A stretch of 64,000 nt of DNA from Malacoraja senta (lineage: Eukaryota). The stretch's first letter is position 1, and every line of letters begins with the position of its first letter. The notes under the pieces are model-generated. The model ran no database searches. It had not been told where the DNA came from and saw nothing but the letters and a program-made list of their open reading frames with translations. A program made the translations under genes and the position numbers. The DNA lies in the NCBI GenBank assembly GCA_038087875.1, contig JAXLNO010005338.1, positions 1 to 64,000 of the forward strand, read 5' to 3'. Of the stretch, positions 35,590 through 49,845 are shown piece by piece.

Positions 35590-35729
35590 GGTAACATCTC
35601 TGGAGAAAAGGAATAGGTGGCATTTCGGGTCGAGACCCTTCTTCACTCTGAAGTCTTCAGACAGTGCCCATCTATTTAGCTGCACAGCTTAACAATTGAT
35701 TTGTAAAATTATGCATTCTTATTTTTCAG

Positions 35730-35834
35730 AAGGAAATAGGAAGAAAGACAGGCACATAGGCCTTATTGCCGTGTGTGTGCTGATATTGCTGGCTATTGTC
35801 TTGGCAGTAATTGTTTGGTGGAGAAAAAAGAGAG
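35730..35834 (+). CDS. Connecting peptide/transmembrane exon of the MHC class I-type gene
   Basis: Acceptor ATTTTTCAG|, donor AGAG|GTAAGA, 105 nt, phase 1-1. Joined to alpha3 it reads ..IIIW-EGNRKKDRHIGLIAVCVLILLAIVLAVIVWWRKKR(G): ~22 hydrophobic residues then a basic stop-transfer. Confidence 0.82.
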
Positions 35835-36089
35835 GTAAGATGGAAAAATTGTGATGCACTGTTGCTAGTAAAGGTATTGGGCTTGAAGAAATGATCGATC
35901 TCAAGTAGGATAAGGCAGCAGCTACACCTGAAATGCCTCGACAGTCACCACTGTCAACTAGCCTTTGTGCTGTTGTTAAATGTTTCTGATAATCAGATAT
36001 TTAAAAATTGTGAATTCAGTGTAAAAACATGTTATACATTATGGATTCACTGCCCCAAATCCTAGAAATATCAATGAGTCATTAAAAAG

Positions 36090-38075
36090 TACAGCATGTA
36101 AGCAGTCCTTTCGGCCCACCGTGTCCATGCCAACCACCTGTTCTCATGAATTCTATCTCATTGCACCTTCTCATCCAGTCACCCACCCACTAGGGGCAAT
36201 TTACAGTGGCCAATTAAACTATAAACTGACACATCTTAGGATGTGTGAGGAAACCGGAGCCCCTGGAGGGATCCAATACGGTTACACGGAGAACGTGCAA
36301 ACTCCACATAGATGGCACGCAAGGTCAAAATTGAACCCGGGTCTGTGTCGCTGTGAGGCAGAAGCTCTACGAGTTGTAACACTGTGCTTTTCTTTTGGGG
36401 GCTCGCACTGTTCATGATCCAAGTCAGCTATGAGGCAGATTGGTTGCAGTTTAACATTTACTAGTTTTGTTTAGTTTAATTTAGAGATACAGTGACGAAA
36501 CAGGTCCTTAGGCCCACCGAGTCTGCGCTGACCAGCGATCCCCGCACATTAACACTACCCTATGCACGCACACCAAGCCAATTAACCTACATACCTGTAC
36601 GTCTTTGGAGTGTGGGAGGAAACCTTAGATCTTGGAGAAAACCCATGCGGTCATGGGGAGAACGTACAAACTTTGTACAGACAGCATCAGTAGTCAGGAT
36701 CGAACCCGGGTCTCCGGTGCTGCAAGCACTGTAAGGCAGCAACTCTACCGCTGCACACAGTAGCTGCCACCAAGGCCGCTGTTGCTGGAAAACTCCAAAT
36801 TAAGTGGGAATGTGAGTAGTGGGAGAAACGGTTCAAGGTGGAAAGCCGAATGAATGAGCAACAACATGACAGGTGGACTACAATGTGAAACAGGACAGCA
36901 CAGAGCCAGAGACCTGAATTTAATACCAACATCGGCTGTTGTATCTGTAGAGTTTGCATGTTGTTCCTGTGACCATGTGGGTTTCCCCAGGTGCTCTGGT
37001 TTCCTCCCACATCCCCAAAACATTGTTTGGTAGGTTAGTTGTCCCCTAGATTGTGCATGATACAATGTGGGGAGAGCTGATGAGAATGTGGGACAAATAT
37101 AGGATTAATGTACATGAATGGTTGGTGCAGGTCAGTGGGACAAAGGCCATGTTTGTATGCTGCATATTTCCATGACTCTTTATGATGTAGAAAGATGCTG
37201 ACTATTTTTGATTTATAAGATTGGGAAAGACTGTGAGGGACAGTGCTATAGTAACTCAGCAGGTCAGGCAACATCCCTGGAGACCATGGATAGGTGACAA
37301 TCTGGTTTGAGACTCTTCAGGCAAATTACAATGGGTATTCCTCTGCTTAAGTCTGATAGTAGTGTACATAGATACATAGATACATAGATACATAGAAATT
37401 AGGTGCAGGAGTAGGCCATTCGGCCCTTCGAGCCTGCACCGCCATTCAATACGATCATGGCTGATCATGCACCTCAACCACTGACGTGCTCAACAAGTGC
37501 TTAAATTAGTTGAATTAAAGTATGTTTGGAGTAACATGCAGCAGTCCTTAAAATCTACCATTTCCCAAATCCCAAGAGAGCTGGATGATCAGGGTTTTAG
37601 TGTAAATTCAGTCATCTATATCACTGGTTTCTTGCCTGTGATCACACTGTTGTAAGAGATATTCTGGTGTTGAATTGCAGTTCACTTTCCTCCTGTGTAA
37701 AGGAGTTATTGTGTTGAATATAACAAGTGGAAGGGAAAGTCAGTGTAGGATTTAGAGTTTGTACGTAATGCAGCATGGTAGTGCAGCTGGTAGAACTGCT
37801 GCTTCACAATGCCAGAGACCCAGGTTCAATCTGGACCTCGGGTACTGTCTACGTGGAGTTTGCACATTCTCTTGTGACTATGTGGGCTTCCTCAGGGAGC
37901 TCCGGTTTCCTCCGATATCCCAAAGATGAGCAGGTGTGCAGATAATCATCCTCGGTAAGTCACCCTGATAGTGTAGGGGTGGATGGGAAATCTATTATGA
38001 ATGGGTGATTGCTGGTTAGTATGGATTTGGTGGCACAAATGACATGTTTACACACTGTATCACTGTTTTCAAGAG
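36090..38075. mobile_element. Cluster of V-SINE copies (~36090-36385 -, ~36465-36765 -, ~36885-37160 +, ~37775-38075 +) and CR1 tails (~37370-37470, ~38075-38240)
   Basis: Each SINE shows the B-box head and/or the GGTTTCCTCC core; CR1 tails show GGCCATTCGGCCC or its reverse complement. Confidence 0.75.
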
Positions 38076-39313
38076 AGAGTTAGATTTAGCTCTTAGGGCT
38101 AAGGGAGTCAAGGGATATGGGGAAAAAGCCAGATTGGAGTATTAATTTTGGATGATCAGCCATGATTGTATTGAATGGCGGTGCTGGCTCAAAGGGCCGA
38201 ATAGCCTATTCCTGCACCTATTTTTTTATGTTTCTATCTTTCTATTAAATAAACTAAATTGGAAGACAGAAGGTATTGACTGATGCATCTTCACGCCAGC
38301 TATAAATGTCATAAACTGTGAGAATTGATTGCAAATGTTATACAATATTATAAACTAAACTGGGTGATCAAAATGACAAGATGGATGAAGAGCAGAGTTT
38401 TCATTGAAATAACAGACGTGCAGCTTTCTCGAGCACTTGGCCTTGGTTGTGTAATATTTCCTCTTCAAAATACAATGTTCCCAGGCATTGCTGGTCTGAG
38501 ACACCATTCAGCAAGTATATTTCCTGAAATTGAGATTCTGCTTTCATGGTATCAAGATGTCTAACAGCTCCAGCACCCAGATCAGAACCTTGCCAAAACT
38601 AAGAATGCAGCAACAATTTAGTCATTGAACATTAACGACATGCATATTTGAACTGAGGCAATGGTTAGCTTATTATCACTGTAAACCAGTCATGGTCATG
38701 GGTCTGCCATTGTGGTCACTATTAGTGAGGGTGATTAACTATCATTTGGCAGTGAAACGGAAAATAATTGGTTTTTCAAGCCCACGGAGCCATAGAGTCA
38801 TACGACATGGAAATGGGCCCTTTGCCTCAACTTGGCCATGCCAACCAAGATGCCATGTTTAAACTACAATTTTCCTGCAATTGACCCATATCTCACTGAA
38901 CCTTTCCTATCTACAGCATGTACCTGTCCAAGTGTGTTCTAAATGTTTTTTAACTCCTTCCCCTGGAATGTTCTTCCATATTTCCACTTCCTCTGGTTCT
39001 GAGTAACTAGTTTCCTTCTCACCTTAAACCTAAGTTCTCTGGTTCTTGATTACACAAGGCTGGTTAAAAGATTCTGTGCATTCAATCTATCTATGCTCCT
39101 TGATTTTATAAACTTCTATAAGATCACCCCTCAGCCTCTTGCGTGCCAAGGACTAAAGTCCAAGCATTCTCATCCTCTCCCTGAATCACAGGCCCTGTTA
39201 ATGACATCCTTCCGATAGTGGAGTGACCAAAACTTAACACAATACTCCAAATGTGGCCTCACCAACATCTTGTACAACTGTAGCAGAACATCCCAACTTT
39301 TTTATTCAGTACC

Positions 39314-42300
39314 TTTCTTTTAAAATCTTTTTATTGTTTTTTTTCCAAAAAACAAAAACAAAAATAAAAGATTAAAAACAGAGCAAAAAGAATAATGATA
39401 AACATAACAATGGTATTGATACATAGGGATCAGGATTAAACACATTAATAACAGGTATAACCTAATATGAGACCAGTGTCAAAATACACAATGAATATAG
39501 ACCTCTCGGTCCCTATGTAAATACAGGTAAATCTTTAAAAGGAAACATAATTTTTTTTTAAAAAGCAAAGATAAAAAGACAAAAAGAAAAAGAAAAAACA
39601 AAACCCCCCCTAAACTAAAAAAACGTTTTAAAAATTGATAATAATAAAATAAGAATAAAAATAAAATAAATAAATAAAACAAAACAGAGCAAAACCGAAT
39701 CTGAACTGAGAAATTCAACAATTTAAGTCTGTTTGTCGTCAAGTCCGTTCCACCCTATGAAGGTAAAATAATTTTTATAACGGTTAAAGAGGGATCAATT
39801 TATGTTGTATGAAAGTGTTCAATAAATTTTCCCCAAGTCTTATCAAATTTAACCAAGGGTTCAACAATGTCACTTCTGATTTTTTCTAAATTTAAACATG
39901 ATATCGTTTCAGAATACCACTGGAGTGTGGTCGGAGGGTTGGAATCTTTCCATTTAAAGAAAATAAATCTTCTGGCAATTAATGTGGTAAAAGCAATCAA
40001 CCGATGGGCGGAGTGGGACAAATGAATAGAATCTAACATTGGTAACCCAAAAATTGCAGTAATAGGATGAGGTTGTAAATCTATACCTAAGACTACAGAA
40101 ATAGTATCAAAAATATCTTTCCAATATTTTTCCAAAAGAGGGCAGGACCAAAACATATGGGTCAGTGATGCCACTTCAGAGTTACATCTGTCACAGGTAG
40201 GATTTATATGACCATAAAAACGAGCTAACTTATCTTTTGACATATGAGCTCTGTGGACCACCTTGAATTGTATCAAAGCGTGTCTTGCACACATTGAAGA
40301 GGTATTATCTAATTGAAGGATCCTCTCCCATTTCTCTATAGATAAAGACATTTGGAGTTCTCTTTCCCAGTCATTCTTAATTTTATCAAATGTATCTATT
40401 TGCAATTTTAAAATCAACTCATGAATAGTCGTTATTAATCCTTTCTGATAAGGGTTCAACTGTAAAAAAAATCCAAAATTTCGGGTTGATGTGGTAGCGG
40501 AAAAAGGGGTAGTCCCTTTTGTCTAATTTGTAAATATCTAAAAAAGTGTGAATTAGGTAAGTTATATTTATTGGAGAGTTGTTCGAAAGACATAAAACAA
40601 CCCTCCAAAAACAAATCACGAAAAGCTACTAATCCCTTCCTCTTCCATAACAAAAAAATTGATCAGTACTAGATGGTTGGAAGAGAAATTTGGATAAAAT
40701 CAGATAGTCCAAAAAACTTATGAAATTGAAACCGTATTCGGAACGTATGTCTTATTATTGGGTTCATCATATATTTATTCAATCTCGTAATTGTAAAAGG
40801 TAACGAGGCCCCTAGAATAGAAGCCAATTATAGCCCTTGTAAGGAATCACGTTCTAGGTTTATCCATCCAGGGCATTGGGTATCTTCTAAATCTTTTGTC
40901 CAAAATGTTAAATAACGAACATTGACTGCCCAATAGTAGAGTCTAAGGTTCGGCAATGCCAAACCACCAACTTTTTGATTTCTGTATGTATTTTTTACCT
41001 AGTCTGGGATTTTTATTCTGCCATATATATGAAGAAATTTTAGAGTCTATAATATCAAAGAAAGATTTGGCAATAAAAATTGGTATCGTCTGAAATAAAT
41101 ACAGAAATTTAGGTAAAATGAACATTTTAATAGCATTGATTCGGCCAATTAAGGATAAGGACATTGGTGACCATTTAGTGAACTGATGTTTAATGTGGTC
41201 AATTAAAGGAATAAAATTAGCTTTAAATAAATCCTTGTGTTTCTTGGTGATCTTAATACCTAAATAAGTAAAACTTTCAGTAGTCAATCTAAATGGAAGC
41301 TGTCCAGAACTCGAAACAAAATTATTTAATGGGAAAGCTCACTCTTACTAAGATTTAGTTTATAACCAGAAAAACTACTGAATTGATTAAGTAATGCTAC
41401 TATTGCCGGAATAGATTTCTCAGGATTAGAAATAAATAATAACAGATCATCTGCATAAAGAGATAGCTTATGTGTCTTATTCCCCCGGACAATACCAAAA
41501 ATATTAGGGGATTTCCTAATAGCAGTGGCTAACGTTTCCAAAGCAATATCAAATAGTAAAGGACTTAAGGGACAGCCCTGTCTAGTTTCTTGAAAGAGCC
41601 TGAAAAAAGGGGATCTCTGATTATTAGTAAATACAGAAGCCTGAGGTATAAGATATATCAGTTTGATCCAAGAGATAAATTTATTAGACGCTGTATATAC
41701 AATATTTATTAATCTCCTAACATTAAAGAATGAGTAACGATTTTTAATAAAACCTGTCTGATCTTCAGAGATAATTTGCAGTAAAATCTTTTCCAATCTC
41801 ATAGGTAATATTTTGGAAAGAATTTTAAAATCTACATTTAACATTGATATAGGTCTATATGATGTCACTTCAGTAGGGTCTTTATCTTTTTTTTAAATTA
41901 AAGAAATAGAAGCTTCATAAAAAGATTGTGGTAATCTATTCCTTAAAACAGGCTTATTTAAATACCTTGCATAGCCATGGAGACAATAAATTTGAGAAAT
42001 ACTTTAAAAATTCTACTGTAAACCCATCTAAACCGGGAGCTTTACCAGAATTCATTGAAAAAATGCTTTCTGTATTTCTTCTTCCGTGATGGGTTTATCT
42101 AACAACAGAGACTCATTATATGGTAAATTTGGTAAGTTCAGTTTCTTTAAAAACTCATGCATTATATTGGAATCAGTAGGAAAATCTGATTGGGATAGGG
42201 AGGTATAAAATTCCTGAAAGGATTTATTAATTTCGTCATGGTCTACGGTTACTGTACCATCCCGTTTACTCACTTTAGTAATCTGACGCTTGGCCGACAC

Positions 42301-43488
42301 TGCTTTCAATTGATTAGCAAGTCATTTACCAGATTTTTCGCCATTTATATAAAATTGACTTTTGGTTTTAAGTAACTGGTTCTCAATCGGTGATACTAAT
42401 AACAAATCATATCTCAATTGAAGTTCAACTCTATTCTTATAGAGCTCTAAACTAGGAGCTTTTGAATATTTTTTTATCAATTTCTTTAATCTCGTCAGCC
42501 AATGTGCGTATTTCTTTTTGTGTTTGTTTTTTTAATCCCGCAGAGTATGAAATAATTTGTCCACGAATATATGCCTTAAAAGCATCCCAAACTATACCAT
42601 TTTCTCTTCATTAGAGTTTGTCAAGAAGTAAAAAGCAATCTGATCTTTCATAAACTTAATAAAGTTTAAGTCTTGAAGCAAAGTAGCATTAAATCGCCAT
42701 TGTTTAGCACTAAACTTGGAATCAGGTAGTTTGATCAATAGTTTCACTGGTGCATGATCAGAAATAGCAATTGTATCATACTCACATGCAATGACCGATG
42801 GAACTAGCCGAGAATCTAGTATAAAATAGTCGATCCTAGAATAACTATGAAATACATGAGAGAAAAATGAAAATTCTTTGTCATTTGCGTGTAAGAATCT
42901 CCAAATTTCTAACATTCCCGAGTCAAGTAAAAAAGAATAAAATAAATTAGCTGATATATTTGGAAGCACATGATCAGATGTAGACCTATCAATCGAGGGA
43001 TTCAAACAGCAATTGAAGTCTCCATCCATTATTAAAAAGTGTTCATTTAAATTAGGAAAGGATGCAATTAACTGTTTAAAAAACTCAGGGTGATCAATAT
43101 TTGGTGCACAGACATTCACCAAAGCCACTTTTTGCCTAAAAAGGACAGCGGTAATCACCAAGAATCTGCCATATGGATCAGAAATTGTTTCATGGTGAAC
43201 AAACGGAATTGAGGGGTCGATAAAAATAGAGACTCCTTTCACCTTAGCCTGTGAATTTGAATGAAACTGCTGTCCTCTCCAAAACTTGAAAAATCGTGAC
43301 TTGTCATCTTGCCTTACATGAGTTTCCTGAACAAAGATAATCTGAGCATTTAGTCTGTGAAGAACTTTTTTTTTTAAATCCTCTTAATGGGATGGTTCAA
43401 GCCATTAACATTCCATGAAAGGAACTTTATCCATATTGCTTGTAAAAATCATGTGGGATGTAATGGGTTAATTTCTTGAAGCCTAAAA
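39314..43488 (-). mobile_element. L1 family B, 3' part (B1): decayed ORF2 + 3' UTR
   Basis: Minus frames give SWNVNGLNHP..QETH..GDFN..YSRIDYF..SDHAP..YRPISMLNVDFKIL..TRQGCPLSPLLF..LYADD..C.RC...ASLTHMFWSC; A-rich tail at ~39314-39350; multiple frameshifts and an internal RT deletion near 41685. Confidence 0.95.
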
Positions 43489-43505
43489 TGGGAATGGTAT
43501 ATACC

Positions 43506-46500
43506 AGAAAATAATTGCTTATTGATTATAATATTATAACCAATTGTAAGAACTTATACTATTAACAACTTAATAAGTTATGCAGGTTAGATTAGAATAC
43601 TAACAAAAACAAAAATAAAAAATAACGAACTAACATACTAATATGAATTTTTAATAAATTGAAACCTTATCTATAAGTGGGAGGAGGGGATGAGAAACGA
43701 GCACCTGGCTTAGGTCCAGGGGCACGTCTCGTTAACCCCTTCAACCAACAGTTGATTCTTATTGAAGTCAAAAGTATCGGTTTAATAATTAGTAGTTAAA
43801 ATTCCGATATATATATATGTTATAAGGAAATATCAGGGTAAAATTGTATTATATATCTGAATGTGAGGCCTCGTTTTAATATTTTAATATGTTATGATTA
43901 ACTAAGAGAGCGGAGCTATTTGAGTAACAACGCAATGGAAGTCAAAACAACGTTTTTTCCCACCTACAGGTGGGACACTCGCTACAGTGCCGACTATATC
44001 AGACACTGTAGCCTCACTTTTTTAGGTATTTTTTTACCACATAAAATCACTTGTTTGTGTTTTGTGTTTAGTGATAAGAGTAAAATGGACATACCAGCAA
44101 AAGTTAATAATTCCAAAACTCCCCCAATACCTAAAGACCTGGGACATGGACGCACCACAAGATTTAAAGGTACTATAATTATTCAAAATGCATGACACCA
44201 CACAAAAGAACCTAGGAGGAATCTCATTTTGTAGTTGGAATATAAGAGGTATTAACGAACCTATCAAAAGGGGTAAGATATTAGCTCAGCTAAAAATGTA
44301 CAATTCTGACATTACCTTCCTAAAAGAAACACACCTAAAACCTCAGGATCAAGTTAGGCTGAGGGCGAAATGGATAGGTCAAACATACCATTCTTCATTT
44401 ACTTCAAAATCTAGAGGCACGTCAATTATCATAAGAAAAGGTATACCATTTAAAGCAAAGAATATTATAACAGATATAGAAGGGAGATACCTAATAGTTA
44501 ATGGAGAAATCCATGACACTCCACTTACTTTGGTAAATATATATGCCCCTAACTTTGATAACCCCCACTTTTTCAATAAAATCTTCAATATAATTGCAGA
44601 GTCAAACTATCAAAATGTTATAATAGGCGGAGACTTTAACTGTGTTTTAGATCCGTACTTAGATAAATCAAGTCAAAAACAGAGAGGGAATATGAAATCG
44701 AAAACTGGGGAACTCCTCAATACCTATATAAATAACACTAATATAGCAGATGTTTGGAGAATTGTGAATCCAACTGGCAGGGAATATTCGTTTTACTCAA
44801 TGGTACATAAGACATACTCACGTATAGACTACTTTCTGCTGGATACAAAATTAATCCCCCAAACATCTAATGCAATATACCATACAAATTCAATTTCAGA
44901 CCATTCTCCACTAACTTTCTTTTTAAAACTGGAAGGATTGTCTAAGAATAAATCATTCTGGAGATTTAACTCTCAAATTTTAAAAGATCCACAAGCGAAT
45001 ATATATTTAAAAGAACAAATGGAGGTCTTTTTTCAAACAAATGATACTTCAGATATATCGCCTACTTTACTTTGGGAATCTTTTAAAGCATACATTAGGG
45101 GTATTATAATTTCATATCAAGCTTTTCAAAATAAAAAGAATAAGAATGAACAAAGACAGTTAGAAGAACTTATTAGACAAATGGATATAGATAATGCTAA
45201 AGATCCATCAATAGATAAACATAATAAAATAATAATTTTAAAATTTAAATTAAATAAATTATTATCTGCCAAACATATAAGACTTTTTCAAATTACAAAA
45301 CAAGAGCACTTTGAATTTGGGGATAAACCGCATAAACTTTTGGCTCGCCAGCTAAAAAAACGAGAAAAGGAACATACTATACCAAAGATCAAATCAGATA
45401 AAGGGGAATTATTAACAACACCGAAGGATATTAATAAAAGATTTGCGCAATTTTACGAGAATTTGTATACATCTAAAACGATAACTGATTCTAATAATAT
45501 CACAAAGTTCTTGGATACCTGTAATCTTCCAAAGTTAGAGCTGAGGGAACAAGAGGAATTGGGTGCACAAATTTCAATTAAGGAATTAGAAGATACAATA
45601 AACTCATTAAAGAATGGAAAAACACCAGGCCCTGATGGATTTACTAATGAATTTTATAAAAGCTTTTATGATAAAATAATACCAAGATTACAAAAAATGT
45701 ACCAATACGCTTTTAAAAAACGAATACTACCTGATACATTAGCGGAATCAACGATTACATTAATACCTAAGAAAAATAAAGATTTAGAAGAACCTGGCTC
45801 ATATAGAGCTATAGCATTGTTAAACACAGATCAAAAAATATTAGCGAAAACATTAGCTAGAAGATTAAGTAAATACATTAGTAAATTAATAAACCCAGAT
45901 CAGACAGGGTTTATCCCTAAGAGATACTCTTCTAATAATATGAGACGTCTACTCAACATAATGCACTAACACAAATCTGAAGATCAAGAATTATCAATTA
46001 TTTCGCTGGATGCTGAAAAAGCATTTGATCAAGTAGAATGGAATTATATGGATAAAGTATTACAAAAATTTCAACTGGGAGAGAATTTTATTTTATGGAT
46101 TAAGTTACTATATAACAAACCTACAGCTAGAATACTTACTAATAACATATTATCCTCGAAATTTCAACTATCAAGGGGAAATAGACAAGGATGCTCATTA
46201 TCACCACAGCTGTTTGCTCTCATTATTGAACCGCTAGCAGAAAAAATTATATTCATGGATATAATACTAAAGACTCATATAATAAAATATCTTTATACGC
46301 GGATGATATATTATTGTATATTACAAAACCTCAAATCACTATACCAAATATATTAAATTTAATTGAAGACTTCGGATCTTTTTCTGGATATAGAATAAAT
46401 TGGAATAAAAGTGAAATTATGTCAATAAAACCGAAAGATTCAACACATCTTTTAAAATTCCCTTTTAAAATAGCTACAGAAAAATTTAAATATTTGGGAA

Positions 46501-48317
46501 TCGAAATTACCAGAACATATCAAGGTATGTTCAGGGCAAATTTTGACCCCCTACTTATTAAACTGAATACATAAATTAAATTCTGGAAAACGCTCCCGAT
46601 GTCTTTAATAGGCCGAATAAACGCAATAAAAATGATCTTTTTACCACAAATTTTATACCTATTTCAATCAATTCCTATATACTTACCTAAGAAGTTTTTT
46701 AAAAAACTCGACTCAGATATCACTAATTTTATATGGGACTATAAATCACATAGAATACAAAAAACCCATCTGAATAAACCTAAAGTATTGGGGGGTCTAG
46801 CACTACCTAATTTTATGTATTATTACTGGTCAGTAAATATTAAAAACATGATTCAACTGATGGATAACTCCGTCCAGCAAGTAGACTGGATTGTAATGGA
46901 GAAAGAGGATTGCTCCTCTAGAAACATTGGAGCGATCCTCCTCTCTCCAATGAAACTGAATAACATAAATTATAATAAGAACCCAATTATTCATAGTACA
47001 ATCCGTATTTGGAAACAAATAAAACAAAATTTAAAATTAAGAAACTTATCACTTTTATTACCTATATTCAATAACCCTTCGTTTAGTCCTTCTATTATAG
47101 ATAAAGCTTATACACAATGGGATAGACTAGGAATTAAAACGCTTGGTGACTTGTATGAAACTGGAAAATTACTTCATTTCGACAATTACAAATAAAATAT
47201 AAACTCGGAAATAATCAATATTTTAAATATTTTCAAATATGCGACTATTTGAAAAAATATACAAAAGATCATTATAATAATCCAGTAGATGTATTGGACG
47301 AGGCAATGCAGATAAAAGCGGAATCAGCAAACTTAATATCATATTTGTATAATATTATTTTAAATGTACAAATACGACCTACGGAGGGTATCAGAAGAGA
47401 CTGGGAAGAAGAGTTAGCTATTAAAATTTCAAAGGAAAGTTGGAATGAATACTTATTAAACGTGCATAAATGCTCGATTAATGTAAGACACACTTTAATA
47501 CAATTTAAAATTTTACATAGATTATATTATTCGAAAACTAAAATTCATAAAATTTTCCCAAACGTATCATCTATTTGTGATAAATGTCAATCCCAAGAAG
47601 CAACTATAGCGCACTCATTTGTCTTCTGTACAAAAATTCAAAAATTTTGGAATGAAATTTTTGAAATCTTTACAAAGTTATTTAAAACAAGACTGATACC
47701 CAAAGCAGAATGGATTATCTTCGGAATAACGGAAGATGATCCAGAACTAAATGTGTTTCAAAAGAAATTAATGGACTATGGGTTAATAACTGGAAAAAAG
47801 CTAATTCTAAAATTTTGGAAGAAGGCTCCAATACCAACTATAAATATGTGGATTTCAAATATGTTTGAAACATTACACCTAGAAGAGATAAGACTCCTCC
47901 TAGCAGGTAAACCAGATCACTTCCACCTGACGTGGTCTGCATTTATAGAATTATTACAAATATAGGGTGCAAAAGTACTTTAAAAAAAATAAAAAATTGA
48001 GGTCAGGGGGATGATAGTTGAAGAGTTGGTATGTTCTATTTACGTGATGCTCAAAAAAAAACATTTGTTTCTTTTTTTTCTCTTTCTTTCTTCTTTTCTT
48101 GGGGCCTATTTCTTAATTTTCTACACTTTTCTACACTTGCACTTTTTCCTTCATTTTCTTCTTTCTTTCAATCTTTTCCTTTTCTAGTGTAAAAAAACAA
48201 ATAAAGGGAGTACATTAATTGTAAGAAGATATAAATGACGAGTATTAATGTATGTGGCTGTAATGTAATGTACTTCTAATAAATAAAAATTTAAAAAAAA
48301 ACAAAAAAAAAAAAAAA
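43506..48317 (+). mobile_element. L1 family A copy A1, 5'-truncated in the inter-ORF spacer
   Basis: Spacer + ORF2 (44188-47965, frameshifted: SWNIRGIN..ETH..GDFN..SRIDY..SDH..PGPDG..SLDAEKAFD..RQGC..YADD..CDKC) + AATAAA + poly(A). Confidence 0.97.
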
Positions 48318-49845
48318 TCATATATTTATTCAATCTCGTAATTGTAAAAGGTAACGAGGCCCCTAGAATAGAAGCCAATTATAGCCCTTGTAAGGAATCA
48401 CGTTCTAGGTTTATCCATCCAGGGCATTGGGTATCTTCTAAATCTTTTGTCCAAAATGTTAAATAACGAACATTGACTGCCCAATAGTAGAGTCTAAGGT
48501 TCGGCAATGCCAAACCACCAACTTTTTTGATTTCTGTATGTATTTTTTACCTAGTCTGAGATTTTTATTCTGCCATATATATGAAGAAATTTTAGAGTCT
48601 ATAATATCAAAGAAAGATTTGGCAATAAAAATTGGTATCGTCTGAAATAAATACAGACATTTAGGTAAAATGAACATTTTAATAGCATTGATTCGGCCAA
48701 TTAAGGATAAGGACATTGGTGACCATTTAGTGAACTGATGTTTAATGTGGTCAATTAAAGGAATAAAATTAGCTTTAAATAAATCCTTGTGTTTCTTGGT
48801 GATATTAATACCTAAATAAGTAAAACTTTCAGTAGTCAATCTAAATGGAAGCTGTCCAGAACTCGAAACAAAATTATTTAATGGGAAAGCTCACTCTTAC
48901 TAAGATTTAGTTTATAACCAGAAAAACTACTGAATTGATTAAATAATGCTACTATTGCCGGAATAGATTTCTCAGGGTTAGAAATAAATAATAACAGATC
49001 ATCTGCATAAAGAGATAGCTTATGTGTCTTATTCCCCCGGACAATACCAAAAATATTAGGGGATTTCCTAATAGCAGTGGCTAACGTTTCCAAAGCAATA
49101 TCAAATAGTAAAGGACTTAAGGGACAGCCCTGTCTAGTTTCTTGAAAGAGCCTGAAAAAAGGGGATCTCTGATTATTAGTAAATACAGAAGCCTGAGGTA
49201 TAAGATATATCAGTTTGATCCAAGAGATAAATTTATTAGACGCTGTATATACAATATTTATTAATCTCCTAACATTAAAGAATGAGTAACGATTTTTAAT
49301 AAAAACCTGTCTGATCTTCAGAGATAATTTGCAGTAAAATCTTTTCCAATCTCATAGGTAATATTTTGGAAAGAATTTTAAAATCTACATTTAACATTGA
49401 TATAGGTCTATATGATGTCACTTCAGTAGGGTCTTTATCTTTTTTTAAATTAAAGAAATAGAAGCTTCATAAAAAGATTGTGGTAATCTATTCCTTAAAA
49501 AAGGCTTCTTTAAATACCTTGCATAGCCATGGAGACAATAAATTTGAGAAATACTTTAAAAATTCTACTGTAAACCCATCTAAACCGGGAGCTTTACCAG
49601 AATTCATTGAAAAAATGCTTTCTGTATTTCTTCTTCCGTGATGGGTTCATCTAACAACAGAGACTCATTATATGGTAAATTTGGTAAGTTCAGTTTCTTT
49701 AAAAACTCATGCATTATATTGGAATCAGTAGGAAAATCTGATTGGGATAGGGAGGTATAAAATTCCTGAAAGGATTTATTAATTTCGTCATGGTCTACGG
49801 TTACTGTACCATCCCGTTTACTCACTTTAGAAATCTGACGCTTGG
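48318..49845 (-). mobile_element. L1 family B duplicate (B2a), copy of 40767-42293
   Basis: About 11 differences in ~1.5 kb versus B1 by eye; shares the same RT deletion. Confidence 0.95.

Noticed and set aside
35835-39300. Candidate cytoplasmic-tail exons (acceptors near 37702, 38300, 38567)
   Set aside because: Several AG sites give short plausible phase-1 peptides and none can be preferred without transcript data.
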